DNA of 64,000 nucleotides from an uncultured Pseudoalteromonas sp. (GTDB taxonomy: Bacteria; Pseudomonadota; Gammaproteobacteria; Enterobacterales; Alteromonadaceae). Positions within the stretch are counted from its first letter, which is position 1. Each line of letters opens with the position of its first letter. The notes under the pieces are model-generated. The model was not told the DNA's origin. It searched no databases and saw nothing but the letters and a program-made list of their open reading frames with translations. The position numbers were made by a program, and so were the translations under genes. Shown here piece after piece: positions 1-11,340 of this stretch. Location: contig NZ_CAWUKC010000010.1 of NCBI RefSeq assembly GCF_963922945.1, positions 9,308-73,307 on the forward strand. The letters run 5' to 3'.

Positions 1-883
1 TAGAAAACGAAAATACAAACGAGCTAGAATCTGTTTGCTGGTTATATCGCACACCTCCACCTAGGGTTAAATCACTCTGACCATTTGAGCGTTGCAGCGA
101 TAAGTTAGCGGTTTGCTGAATATATTGCTGTTGTAACAGTGCAAATTCAGGCGCTGTATTTACCGCATCGAGCAACTCAGCTTCACTTTTAATAGCGGCT
201 AACTGCGACAAATCGCCAGCATAGTAATCACTCACTTGTACCTCTTGCCAAAGCTCATTAAGCGCTAAGCGGGAACGTTTAAACTCGCTTTCTAACATAG
301 CTGTATCTAGCTCTACTTGGCTTAATGCATAGCGCATGCGGGTTACATCGGCACTTGAGACCGCCCCCGCTTTAGCGCGTTTTTCAATTGCATTAAGTGC
401 CTGCTTAACCGTGTTTTTACGCTCGCTATTTAATGCAATTAACGCCTGAAATTTAAGTACTTGGTAATAACGCTCAGCGGTGGTTGCTAAAAGTGCTAAC
501 CGGGTATTTTTATACTCAATTGTTTGCGCTTTTATATTTTCAGTCGCGTAATTAATACGGTTTTCACGTTTACCGCCCAACTCAATTAATTGGCTTAAAG
601 CCAGGGTATATTGCGCCCCCGAAAACGCATGGGAGCGATGAGTTCCTAAAAAATTTTCAGCTTCAAAACTCAACTCAGGGTTAGGTGAAAGCATGGCTTG
701 GTTTTTCAGCGCCGATAAAATTTTTTGATGATACGGGTAGCGCTTAAGTTGTATGTTTTGCTGCTCGGTATTTTTAAGCGCTTGCTTTAGCGTTAATACG
801 TTTTGCGGCTCGCTTTTTGCCAGAGCGCTTAGTGTTGGTAATGCACACAGTAGCGCCACCAGCATAAGTGGTTTTTTGTTCAT
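1..883 (-). CDS. TolC-family outer-membrane efflux factor, CzcC/heavy-metal RND type (N-terminal part; the gene runs off the left edge)
   Basis: Absent from the ORF track because it has no stop codon in the window. My own minus-strand translation from the ATG at 883-881 gives MNKKPLMLVALLCALPTLSALAKSEPQNVLTLKQALKNTEQQN...YTLALSQLIELGGKRENRINYA...RYYQVLKFQALIAL. This is a signal peptide followed by the helical-repeat pattern typical of CzcC-like outer membrane factors. Confidence 0.7.
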   Translation of the reverse strand, partial: MNKKPLMLVALLCALPTLSALAKSEPQNVLTLKQALKNTEQQNIQLKRYPYHQKILSALKNQAMLSPNPELSFEAENFLGTHRSHAFSGAQYTLALSQLIELGGKRENRINYATENIKAQTIEYKNTRLALLATTAERYYQVLKFQALIALNSERKNTVKQALNAIEKRAKAGAVSSADVTRMRYALSQVELDTAMLESEFKRSRLALNELWQEVQVSDYYAGDLSQLAAIKSEAELLDAVNTAPEFALLQQQYIQQTANLSLQRSNGQSDLTLGGGVRYNQQTDSSSFVFSFS

Positions 884-1031
884 ATAGCATGTCCGTTTTA
901 ACAAACAGAGTTGGCTTAATCACTATGCCTATTTTAAAAACAAGCGCAATTAAGCAACCTAAATATGTACTTAACTAGCCCAATAGCGCACAAGCGCAGG
1001 CAGTTATTTACAACGTGTTTAAAATTAAAAA

Positions 1032-1340
1032 CTAGCTATAAAAATTGGGTGGCGGAACATCTGGCGGATAATTTAAACCGCTATAGCAAGCTGGCTGAGC
1101 TGCTTGGCTTTGCTCAGGGCTTATAGGGTGATTTAGCGAACTGTAATAACCACAGTGGCAATGCTGATGGGCATGAATTTCACTAGGTGATTGTGCGTCG
1201 TCGTCATTGGTATCGCTATGAGCGTGAATATGCGAGGCATGATCAACTTCTTCTTGTAAATGATACGCAGCAGCATCACAGCTAATAAAGCTGTGTACAA
1301 GCACCAAAAGTATCACGACTAAAAAGTAGTTTGAGCGCAT
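1032..1340 (-). CDS. Small secreted His-rich protein, putative periplasmic metal-binding accessory of the CzcC-like operon
   Basis: 102-aa ORF. It has a hydrophobic N-terminus (YFLVVILLVLVHSFISC) followed by an acidic HxH-rich stretch (HASHIHAHSDTNDDD...EIHAHQHCHCG). It lies on the same strand as the CzcC-like gene, 148 nt upstream. Confidence 0.55.
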   Translation of the reverse strand: MRSNYFLVVILLVLVHSFISCDAAAYHLQEEVDHASHIHAHSDTNDDDAQSPSEIHAHQHCHCGYYSSLNHPISPEQSQAAQPACYSGLNYPPDVPPPNFYS

Positions 1341-1456
1341 CCATTACCTAATTAAATTTGAAGTAGGTTCCTATTTTACAAAGTAGGAACAGCGGCATAT
1401 TAAACCCGCACGCGTCTTGAGGTCAATAAACAACGCGCAAAACCGTTGATAAAAGT

Positions 1457-1750
1457 TTACTGGCCTTCGTCTACACAACATTCATTTTGTAAAAAACCAA
1501 TTACATCGTCTAAGCGCTGGTACATAGCCACGCAATAAAGCGTGCGCCCTTCGCGCCTTTGACTAATTAGCCCAGCGTTAACTAAGCCCGATATATGGTG
1601 CGAAAGTGTAGAGCCCGCCATATTGAGCTCCTCTTGTATATTGCCAACACTAATTCCGGTGTGCCCTGCTTTAACTACACGCTTGTATATAGTTAAACGT
1701 GTTGGATGGCCTAATTCTTTGAGTGCCTTTGCAACGTCGATAATTTCCAT
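1457..1750 (-). CDS. ArsR/SmtB-family metalloregulatory transcriptional repressor
   Basis: 97 aa with a winged-HTH signature (LGHPTRLTIYKRV...ISVGNIQEELNMAGSTLSHHISGLVNAGLISQRREGRTLY) and a C-terminal Cys pair (NECCVDEG). A GAGG Shine-Dalgarno lies 7 nt upstream. The gene is divergent from the permease gene. Confidence 0.85.
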   Translation of the reverse strand: MEIIDVAKALKELGHPTRLTIYKRVVKAGHTGISVGNIQEELNMAGSTLSHHISGLVNAGLISQRREGRTLYCVAMYQRLDDVIGFLQNECCVDEGQ

Positions 1751-1762
1751 TACAACCTCGTA

Positions 1763-1782
1763 ATTTCTAAATTATTAGAAAT
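1763..1782. promoter_or_regulatory. 8-4-8 inverted repeat (ATTTCTAA-atta-TTAGAAAT) next to the arsR-like start
   Basis: Perfect palindrome 13-32 nt upstream of the ArsR-family ATG (1750, minus strand). It is a possible autoregulatory operator. Confidence 0.35.
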
Positions 1783-1899
1783 AATAACAATTTGAATCTT
1801 TAAATACAGCTTTATTAGCAAGTAACCTTAAAAGCTAAAAAATAAAATATTTAAAAACAAGGGTATAAAAATCACTTCCATATATCTAGAAATAAAGTA

Positions 1900-1928
1900 T
1901 TGACGATATTATTGCTCATCAATATACT
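1900..1928 (+). promoter_or_regulatory. Candidate sigma-70 promoter of the ArsP-like permease gene
   Basis: TTGACG (1900-1905), a 17-nt spacer, then TATACT (1923-1928). Confidence 0.5.
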
Positions 1929-1945
1929 TCCATAAAATTCGAAAT

Positions 1946-1968
1946 ATAACTTACTTAACGTAAGTTAT
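1946..1968. promoter_or_regulatory. 9-5-9 inverted repeat (ATAACTTAC-ttaac-GTAAGTTAT), candidate ArsR-family operator
   Basis: Perfect palindrome arms just downstream of the predicted -10 and 25 nt before the permease ATG. Confidence 0.45.
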
Positions 1969-1992
1969 ACCTTGTGTACTTTGGAGTGCGTT

Positions 1993-2961
1993 ATGAGTAA
2001 TGAAATGCTAGTTATGGCAAAAGAGGCGTTAGGCATGTTTGCCTTTTTAGCCACCGAGTTAACAATTTTATTTATTGTTATTAGTTACTTAGTAGGTATT
2101 TTGCAGTTGTTTATAACACCTGAGAAAATTCAATCTATTTTGAGTTCAAAAAATGGTAAAGGTTACGTTGTTGCTGCTTTAATGGGTGCTATAACACCAT
2201 TTTGTTCGTGCTCTACCATCCCGTTTTTAAAAGGGTTGTTAAGAGCAAAAGCAGGGTTTGGTCCTATGATGGTGTTTTTATTTGGCAGTCCATTGCTTAA
2301 CCCTGTGATCATTGGGCTATTTGTTATTACCTTCGGCTGGCAGGTTGCTTTATTTTACTTTTTAGTGGCTATGGTGGTGTCGGTTGTAGCAGGCTACACA
2401 CTTGAAAAACTTAGTTTTGAAAAGTACGTAAAGCCAGAAGCTTACAGTTTTTCCCCTTCAAGCAGCTGTGCAGAGCCAAGCTGTAGTGAACCTAAAAAAG
2501 CAGAGGTAAACTGTGCAACCGGTAGCTGTAGCGAGCCAAAAACTGCACAACCTAATCGTTGGGTAAAAGTGTGGCACGCAACATTTAAAGACTTTAAACA
2601 AGTGTTTCCGTACTTGATGTTGGGGGTCGCAATAGGCTCATTTATTTATGGCTTTATCCCTACCGAGCTGATTGCTAAATACGCGGGCAACGGTATGTGG
2701 TACGCCATACCTATTGCAGCCATTATTGGTATTCCACTTTATATTAGAGCCGAAGCTGTTATTCCGCTAAGTGCGGCATTAGTTAAAAAAGGCATGGCGC
2801 TTGGTTCGGTAATGGCATTAATTATTGGCAGTGCAGGCGCAAGCTTAACAGAAGTTATTTTACTAAAATCTATTTTCAAAAACCAAATGATAGCGGCCTT
2901 CTTGTTTGTCATTATTAGCATGGCAATTGGTGCAGGTTTTTTGTATCAAGCTATTTTTTAG
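1993..2961 (+). CDS. ArsP/YraQ-type permease (COG0701 family) with a Cys-rich loop
   Basis: Multi-TM protein carrying the ITPFCSCSTIPF motif, which matches the TPFCSCS signature of ArsP-type permeases. I prefer the ATG at 1993, preceded by GGAG, over the track start at 1972. The central loop reads SSSCAEPSCSEPKKAEVNCATGSCSEP. Confidence 0.75.
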   Translation: MSNEMLVMAKEALGMFAFLATELTILFIVISYLVGILQLFITPEKIQSILSSKNGKGYVVAALMGAITPFCSCSTIPFLKGLLRAKAGFGPMMVFLFGSPLLNPVIIGLFVITFGWQVALFYFLVAMVVSVVAGYTLEKLSFEKYVKPEAYSFSPSSSCAEPSCSEPKKAEVNCATGSCSEPKTAQPNRWVKVWHATFKDFKQVFPYLMLGVAIGSFIYGFIPTELIAKYAGNGMWYAIPIAAIIGIPLYIRAEAVIPLSAALVKKGMALGSVMALIIGSAGASLTEVILLKSIFKNQMIAAFLFVIISMAIGAGFLYQAIF

Positions 2962-3785
2962 GGGTTTATTTTTCTAAATTCAGTGGGTGAAACGCCCACT
3001 GATTTTTTAAACCGTTTAGAAAAATTAAATATATTAGGATACCCCACGTAAGCGGCAATATGGGCAACTGGCCAGCGGGTATTTAAAAGCAAATTTTTAG
3101 CCCGCTTAATACGTAAATAAATAAGCTGCTGCATAGGGCTTTTACCAAATTGTGCCTGGCATAATCTGTGTAAATGCGCTGCTGAGTAATGAACTTGTTC
3201 GCACATAGCCTCTATTGTCCAATCAAATTGCAGGCGCTCTTCTACCTCTAAAAATAAGCTGGTTAATCTATTTTGCCCGCCTATTTGCGGCTCACTTTGC
3301 AGCGTAGTGTTTAAGTAGTGGCTTAAAATAGGCATTACGCCTTCACGCAAAGTAGCGTTTGCCTCGCTGTATAAAAGCTCCATAGCTAAATGTAATGGCC
3401 CTAACTGCTGATTAGTTAATACCTTAGCGTGTGCTAAATTTAAATGTTGCCAGCGTTTAGTATTTGCAAGGTTTAGCCAAATTACATCCCATTTATCGGT
3501 TGCAATTTTTACCTCAAAACTTTGCCGTGCAGGCAATATAGCTAAGCTATTTTCAACCAATGTATATTGGTTATTAGTGGTTTTTAGCGTGCCTTGACCA
3601 CCCAAAGTATAAAAAAGCGTGTGCTCAAGCGGATTAGTACGTGCAACACAATACTCACCCATTAGATTAGAGCAACCTGCCAACTCTATTTCGAGATTTG
3701 GCATTTGCGAGAGTGTACTTAGATCAATAAACCGCTCTGTACACTCTGGGCCAATATCGAGTACATCTACAATGGTGTTACGCAT
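2958..3785 (-). CDS. AraC-family transcriptional regulator (cupin sensor plus C-terminal HTH)
   Basis: The C-terminal AraC HTH reads HLHRLCQAQFGKSPMQQLIYLRIKRAKNLLLNT...VGYPNIFNFSKRFKKSVGVSPTEFR. The gene is divergent from lacZ. Confidence 0.85.
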   Translation of the reverse strand: MRNTIVDVLDIGPECTERFIDLSTLSQMPNLEIELAGCSNLMGEYCVARTNPLEHTLFYTLGGQGTLKTTNNQYTLVENSLAILPARQSFEVKIATDKWDVIWLNLANTKRWQHLNLAHAKVLTNQQLGPLHLAMELLYSEANATLREGVMPILSHYLNTTLQSEPQIGGQNRLTSLFLEVEERLQFDWTIEAMCEQVHYSAAHLHRLCQAQFGKSPMQQLIYLRIKRAKNLLLNTRWPVAHIAAYVGYPNIFNFSKRFKKSVGVSPTEFRKINP

Positions 3786-3852
3786 AATTTAAAATGATAG
3801 TTTTGGATAAATAAAAGAGAGCTTTAAGCATAACCTCAACGCATTATTTTAG

Positions 3853-6996
<3,144 letters not shown>

Positions 6997-7015
6997 CATA
7001 GCACTTAACTCTAAC

Positions 7016-7048
7016 AAAAATAGCGGCTAAATTAGCCGCTATTTTTTT
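7016..7048. terminator. Bidirectional rho-independent terminator between lacZ and doxX
   Basis: AAAAA-TAGCGGCT-aaatt-AGCCGCTA-TTTTTTT. The stem is a perfect 8 bp, flanked by an A-run and a T-run. Confidence 0.85.
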
Positions 7049-7073
7049 AACACTGAATTGTTATTTATTACTA

Positions 7074-7529
7074 CTAAGGCAGCGATTTATTCGCTAACTT
7101 TTTAGCAATTGCGTTATCAACCGATAAGCTACCTGCACCTTGTACAGCCATTGCAGCCGTTGCAACTAACAAAGTAAGTGCGTATTCATAACCGTTATTA
7201 CTCATAAACAAACCATTGTTAATGTGTACACTAAAGATCGCAACTAGCATTGTAAACGCGCTGACCACAGCCGCAGGACGCGTTAGTAAGCCCAGTGCTA
7301 ATGCAATACCACCAAAAAACTCAGCACTGCCTGCCATCATTGCTAACCAATACCCCGGCTCTAGGCCAATGCTTGCCATCCACTGCCCTGTGCCTTCAAG
7401 GCCATAACCACCAAACCATGCAAATAATTTTTGCGCGCCGTGCGCAGCTAAAATTAAGCCAACTGGTACACGTAAAATAAGTGCTGCTGCGCCTGCATTT
7501 GAATTTAATATTTTTTGTAAAAGTTTCAT
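7074..7529 (-). CDS. DoxX-family inner-membrane protein
   Basis: 151 aa with 4 TM segments. The motif HGAQKLF...FGGYGL...GG is typical of DoxX. Confidence 0.75.
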   Translation of the reverse strand: MKLLQKILNSNAGAAALILRVPVGLILAAHGAQKLFAWFGGYGLEGTGQWMASIGLEPGYWLAMMAGSAEFFGGIALALGLLTRPAAVVSAFTMLVAIFSVHINNGLFMSNNGYEYALTLLVATAAMAVQGAGSLSVDNAIAKKLANKSLP

Positions 7530-7684
7530 GTGTTTTATCCTGTGTAAATTTTTAAGGTGTTAGTTTTGCTACCCGATGAACACAGTTTACTATCATCATT
7601 TAAAAACATTAATATCAATATTGTTGGTTAATTATAAACACTGTGTTTTTAATAAAATGGCAACGTTAAGGAGGGTTAGACAAA

Positions 7685-7750
7685 ATGCACTTAAATATAA
7701 AGATGTCGTTTTTAGAGCTTAGTTTTAACAGCTATTACGCTCTAATCTAA
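7685..7750 (+). CDS. Candidate 21-aa small ORF / leader peptide (MHLNIKMSFLELSFNSYYALI)
   Basis: A perfect AAGGAGG Shine-Dalgarno at 7668-7674 sits 10 nt before the ATG at 7685, and the stop TAA is at 7748-7750. The ORF lies in the intergenic region upstream of the GGDEF sensor gene. No homology could be assessed. Confidence 0.25.
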   Translation: MHLNIKMSFLELSFNSYYALI

Positions 7751-7795
7751 TAGCTAAATAGTTTGCCTCTGCTAGTATAAAAAAAGTAGTAAAAA

Positions 7796-9414
7796 TTGGA
7801 TCCGCATATGAGCTGTAAAAGTATTAGAATGATGTTTCATCCTTTAAATAGCAAAGGACGCCTTTTTTATATTCTCATTGCTTTATTTACACTATTTTCT
7901 ACTTTTGATTCTCATGCTGACGATATATGTAAAATAAAGCACTTAAACACATCGACCCCTGTCGAACTACTTAAAATAAATTCCACTTCTACGCTTAAAG
8001 CTAAACGCGGAGTTAATCAATTCCAAGTAAACTGTTTTGTTAAAAATGGTGGCGTACTCAGTTTTTTACGCCCAGGCCTTGATAGCTTTAGTTTGCAGCA
8101 AAATAATACAATAAAAACACCATTAAGATCAGGGCAGCTAGCCTACATGATGGAACCTGGCTCATATATAGCCACAATCACTTTAGAGTCAAAACTTAAC
8201 TACACACCACGGTTTAAATGGCAGGCAACCCATACTTATTTTGAAAAAGCACAACAGCACTCGCTGATTATGGGATCGTTTTATGGACTGTGTATTACGC
8301 TAATTTTTTACGTATTAATTATGGGCTCCAGGCTCAACCAAAGTGTTTTTAAGCTCTACAGTATTTATATTTTTTGCATTGGTAGCTTTATTTTACTTCA
8401 GGAAGGACAACTATATTTATTTATACCACAGCATGTATCTGGCGTTATTTTTAACTTATACCTACTAAGTATTGGTTTAACCGTTCTGAGTGCTACATGG
8501 TTTATGCTCACGCTATTAGAAACAGCTAAACGCTGGCCTTTAGCAACTAATTTACTCAAAATACTCGCATGCATTGTCATGCTATGCGCAGTACTAAAAA
8601 TGCTCGTGAATCACTTATTAGTTTGGACAATAGCAGGGCATGTAATGGCGTATTCTTCGTTGTTTATTGTGGCTGTTATTTTTACTTTAGCTGCAATGCA
8701 GGCTCGTAAAGGTGTACACGAAGCAACACTTGTATTTGTAGCACTTAGTTTTGTATTAGTAAGTATGATTTTTAGAGTTTTGCTTATCGATCACAGCCCA
8801 TTTATGCAGCGCTATGGGTTTGTATTAGCCTTTGCGATTGAGTCATTTTATTAGCCGTTGCCGTATCAAGGCGTATTAGCCGAATGCGAATAGCACAAAA
8901 ACGCGCCGAGACAGAAGCCGACTTTGACCATTTGTGTGGTATTTTAAATCGCAGGGGGTGGGCTAAAAAATCATCGCAACTTATAGGTATGCACGCTAAA
9001 AAAGGCGGTGTATTGTGCTTGATGTATATCGATTTAGATGATTTTAAACAAATAAACGACACTTATGGCCATGCCGCAGGAGATGACGCTTTATGCAAAG
9101 TAGCCAGCAGCTTAAAAGATAATGTACGCAGCAGTGATGCTGTTGGGCGCCTAGGTGGCGATGAATTTGTAGTGCTTGCTCATTTTTATACAAAAGCGCA
9201 GGTAAATCCAAAAACTCATCATATAAAAACCGTCTTAAATAGGCTGACTATCAATCATAACAACAACCCTATAGCCATTAAAGCCAGTATGGGTACTACC
9301 GTATTTAGTGATCCGCCCCACTCGATTGATGAAATTTTAAAAGCTGGCGACACTGCCATGTACCATGAAAAGTTACAACGTAAAGTAAAACCACTCACAT
9401 TAGTAGATGGCTAA
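7796..9414 (+). pseudogene. 7TM-DISM-type membrane sensor diguanylate cyclase (GGDEF) with the reading frame broken at about 8842-8854
   Basis: ORF 7796-8854 encodes a signal peptide, a periplasmic domain and 7 TM helices, and stops at TAG 8852-8854. The -1 frame is open from 8842 (VILLAVAVSRRISRMRIAQKRAETEA...). It continues into a complete GGDEF domain (DLDDFKQINDTYGHAAGDDAL...RLGGDEFVVLA) ending at 9414. The break lies in the T-rich run tcattttatta. Confidence 0.6.
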
Positions 9415-9439
9415 ATTTAAGTGATGCTACTTATTACTA

Positions 9440-10300
9440 TTAAACCGTAACCGGTTGAGCAAACTGTTTACGGTTTACATAGTGACTTGTAATAATGGTA
9501 AATAAAGTTGAACAGGCTGCCGCAACTGCATATACCTGCCAAATAGCTATATCAAACTTAACTGCAAAAGCAATTACAACAAAAAATACGCAACCACCTA
9601 ACGAGCCAATAATGCCACCGTTAAGTACTTTATACGCTGAGTACTTTTTCTCACTAGCATGCGCAATACTGCCCATAACCGCCAAAATTACTGGAAAAGT
9701 TGAAAGCAACCCACTCCACATAGCACCTATATTTGCCGATAAAAACGTAACCAACACAATAAAACTACTCACCATGAGTATTTTTACCGGTAACTCCCAA
9801 GCAGCGGTAAAAGGTTTGGCGTCGGGTGCAAATTGTAACTTGCTAGATGCCAGCGCCAAAACAGCTAAAACGCTAAGTGAAATAACACATGCTAGTGCAA
9901 TATTAATAGGTAACAACAAGGTAAATGCACTAAAAGCGCACCATAATGTTAATGCAGCAAACAGCGCTTTAACCACCCCATATTTTGCAAGCATGGCAGC
10001 ATAACAAAAACAAAATAAGCCAATACCACTCATACCATACAGCGATGCCACAGCCGAATTGCTCGCGAATAACTTCCCTTGCTCAAGCGCAATAAAATAC
10101 GAAATAGGGCCTGACGTAATAGGTAAACCCGGAATAATTCCGCTCACAAAACTGCCAAAGCGTTTTTGAGCATAATGAATTAATAATAAGAGTAATGGCG
10201 CAATCGTCAGTTTTAAAAGCAACATAAACAACCATAAAGTATGAGGTTTACTGATTAGTCTACGTTTTAAATCTCTGGCTGTAGAGTGAATAAATATCAC
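9440..10300 (-). CDS. Polytopic inner-membrane protein of unknown function
   Basis: 286-aa ORF with about 8 hydrophobic helices. The start is uncertain: GTG at 10300 or the internal ATG that gives MLLLKLTIAP. The 169-aa antisense ORF 9495-10004 is judged spurious. Confidence 0.5.
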   Translation of the reverse strand: MIFIHSTARDLKRRLISKPHTLWLFMLLLKLTIAPLLLLLIHYAQKRFGSFVSGIIPGLPITSGPISYFIALEQGKLFASNSAVASLYGMSGIGLFCFCYAAMLAKYGVVKALFAALTLWCAFSAFTLLLPINIALACVISLSVLAVLALASSKLQFAPDAKPFTAAWELPVKILMVSSFIVLVTFLSANIGAMWSGLLSTFPVILAVMGSIAHASEKKYSAYKVLNGGIIGSLGGCVFFVVIAFAVKFDIAIWQVYAVAAACSTLFTIITSHYVNRKQFAQPVTV

Positions 10301-10333
10301 TCATACAGTTTAATTTTTTTCACCTATAGGTAC

Positions 10334-10359
10334 AAAAAAGGCCACTATAGAAGTGGCCT
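10334..10359 (-). terminator. Rho-independent terminator after the VOC gene
   Basis: The minus strand reads AGGCCACT-tctat-AGTGGCCT followed by TTTTTT. Confidence 0.8.
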
Positions 10360-10378
10360 ACTGTTTAATAAATATTGC

Positions 10379-10798
10379 TTACGCTTTTTTAAATAAAACC
10401 TCTGGGTTTACCATGGTTTTCATTTCAAGCACATTGCCGTTTGGGTCTTCAATAAAAAAGGTTTCTTGTTCAAACTCATCATCAACAAAACGACGATACG
10501 GCTTGTCTAAATATTCAAGGCCAGCCTCTTCTATTCGCTGTTTTAAATCGTTAAATTCGCTTTCAGATAAATGAATACCAAAATGAGGGACTGCCACCGC
10601 TCCCATATCTACATCGTGACGCACAGTAGGTAAACGCTCTTCGCTTTGGTGTAATGTAAGCTCGTTACCCCAAAAGTCTATGTCTACCCAGCGGCCTTCT
10701 TCGCTATTGCCTGTTTTGCAGCCAAGCACATCACAGTAAAACGTTTTAGCTACTTTTAAATCGCCAGCGGGTATAGCCAAATGCAAACAGTTAGACAT
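10379..10798 (-). CDS. VOC (glyoxalase/bleomycin-resistance/dioxygenase) family protein
   Basis: 139 aa. The N-terminus HLAIPAGDLKVAKTFYCDVLGC together with HFGI...FFIEDPNGNVLEMK is typical of the VOC fold. Confidence 0.75.
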   Translation of the reverse strand: MSNCLHLAIPAGDLKVAKTFYCDVLGCKTGNSEEGRWVDIDFWGNELTLHQSEERLPTVRHDVDMGAVAVPHFGIHLSESEFNDLKQRIEEAGLEYLDKPYRRFVDDEFEQETFFIEDPNGNVLEMKTMVNPEVLFKKA

Positions 10799-10971
10799 AA
10801 ATTACCTTTAATCTTATATTTTTGTGTATTAATAACCTTCATTATACATAAAAAATAATTTATAAAACATTAACAACAATGTTTAAGCATAGTTAATCCA
10901 CCTGAAAACTCTTCATTTATGCTTTGATAGTCCTATTAAAGTTAAAAGGGTTACTTTAAAATACGCGCGCT

Positions 10972-11340
10972 ATGATTAAATTCTTATTTTTAAAGTTCAT
11001 CACCTTTTTTTTAGGCTTTGTCGCCTGCTTTGCCATGCACACTACGTTTGCATTGCCCTTGGTTATTTCTGCGGCATTAACAGGTCTTATAGGCACATTT
11101 ATTCCTTTTCCTGCGAGTTATAAAAATCACCCGTATGCTGCAATTTATGCTGGCAGCTTTGCCGGTATGTGCTCCAAGTCATTAATCACAAGTTATTGGG
11201 AAATAGCCATTATTTCTATTATTGGCGCCAGCTTATATACACTTACCCTGAATATGTTTACAGGTTTTGGCGGTAAGCTTGGCAGTGTAGCCTTTGCAAG
11301 TGTGGCTATTTTTATATTGGCTAAGGGAATGGTTTTATGA
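10972..11340 (+). CDS. Small 4-TM membrane protein, first of a paralogous pair
   Basis: 122 aa. It shares the blocks IYAGSFAGMCS and FGGKLGSVAFASV with the next ORF. Its stop overlaps the next gene's start (ATGA at 11337-11340). Confidence 0.6.
   Translation: MIKFLFLKFITFFLGFVACFAMHTTFALPLVISAALTGLIGTFIPFPASYKNHPYAAIYAGSFAGMCSKSLITSYWEIAIISIIGASLYTLTLNMFTGFGGKLGSVAFASVAIFILAKGMVL

Noticed and set aside
8802-9062. An 86-aa minus-strand ORF across the GGDEF frameshift junction
   Set aside because: It is antisense to both halves of the sensor diguanylate cyclase, with no motif or ribosome binding site. The frameshift explanation accounts for this region.
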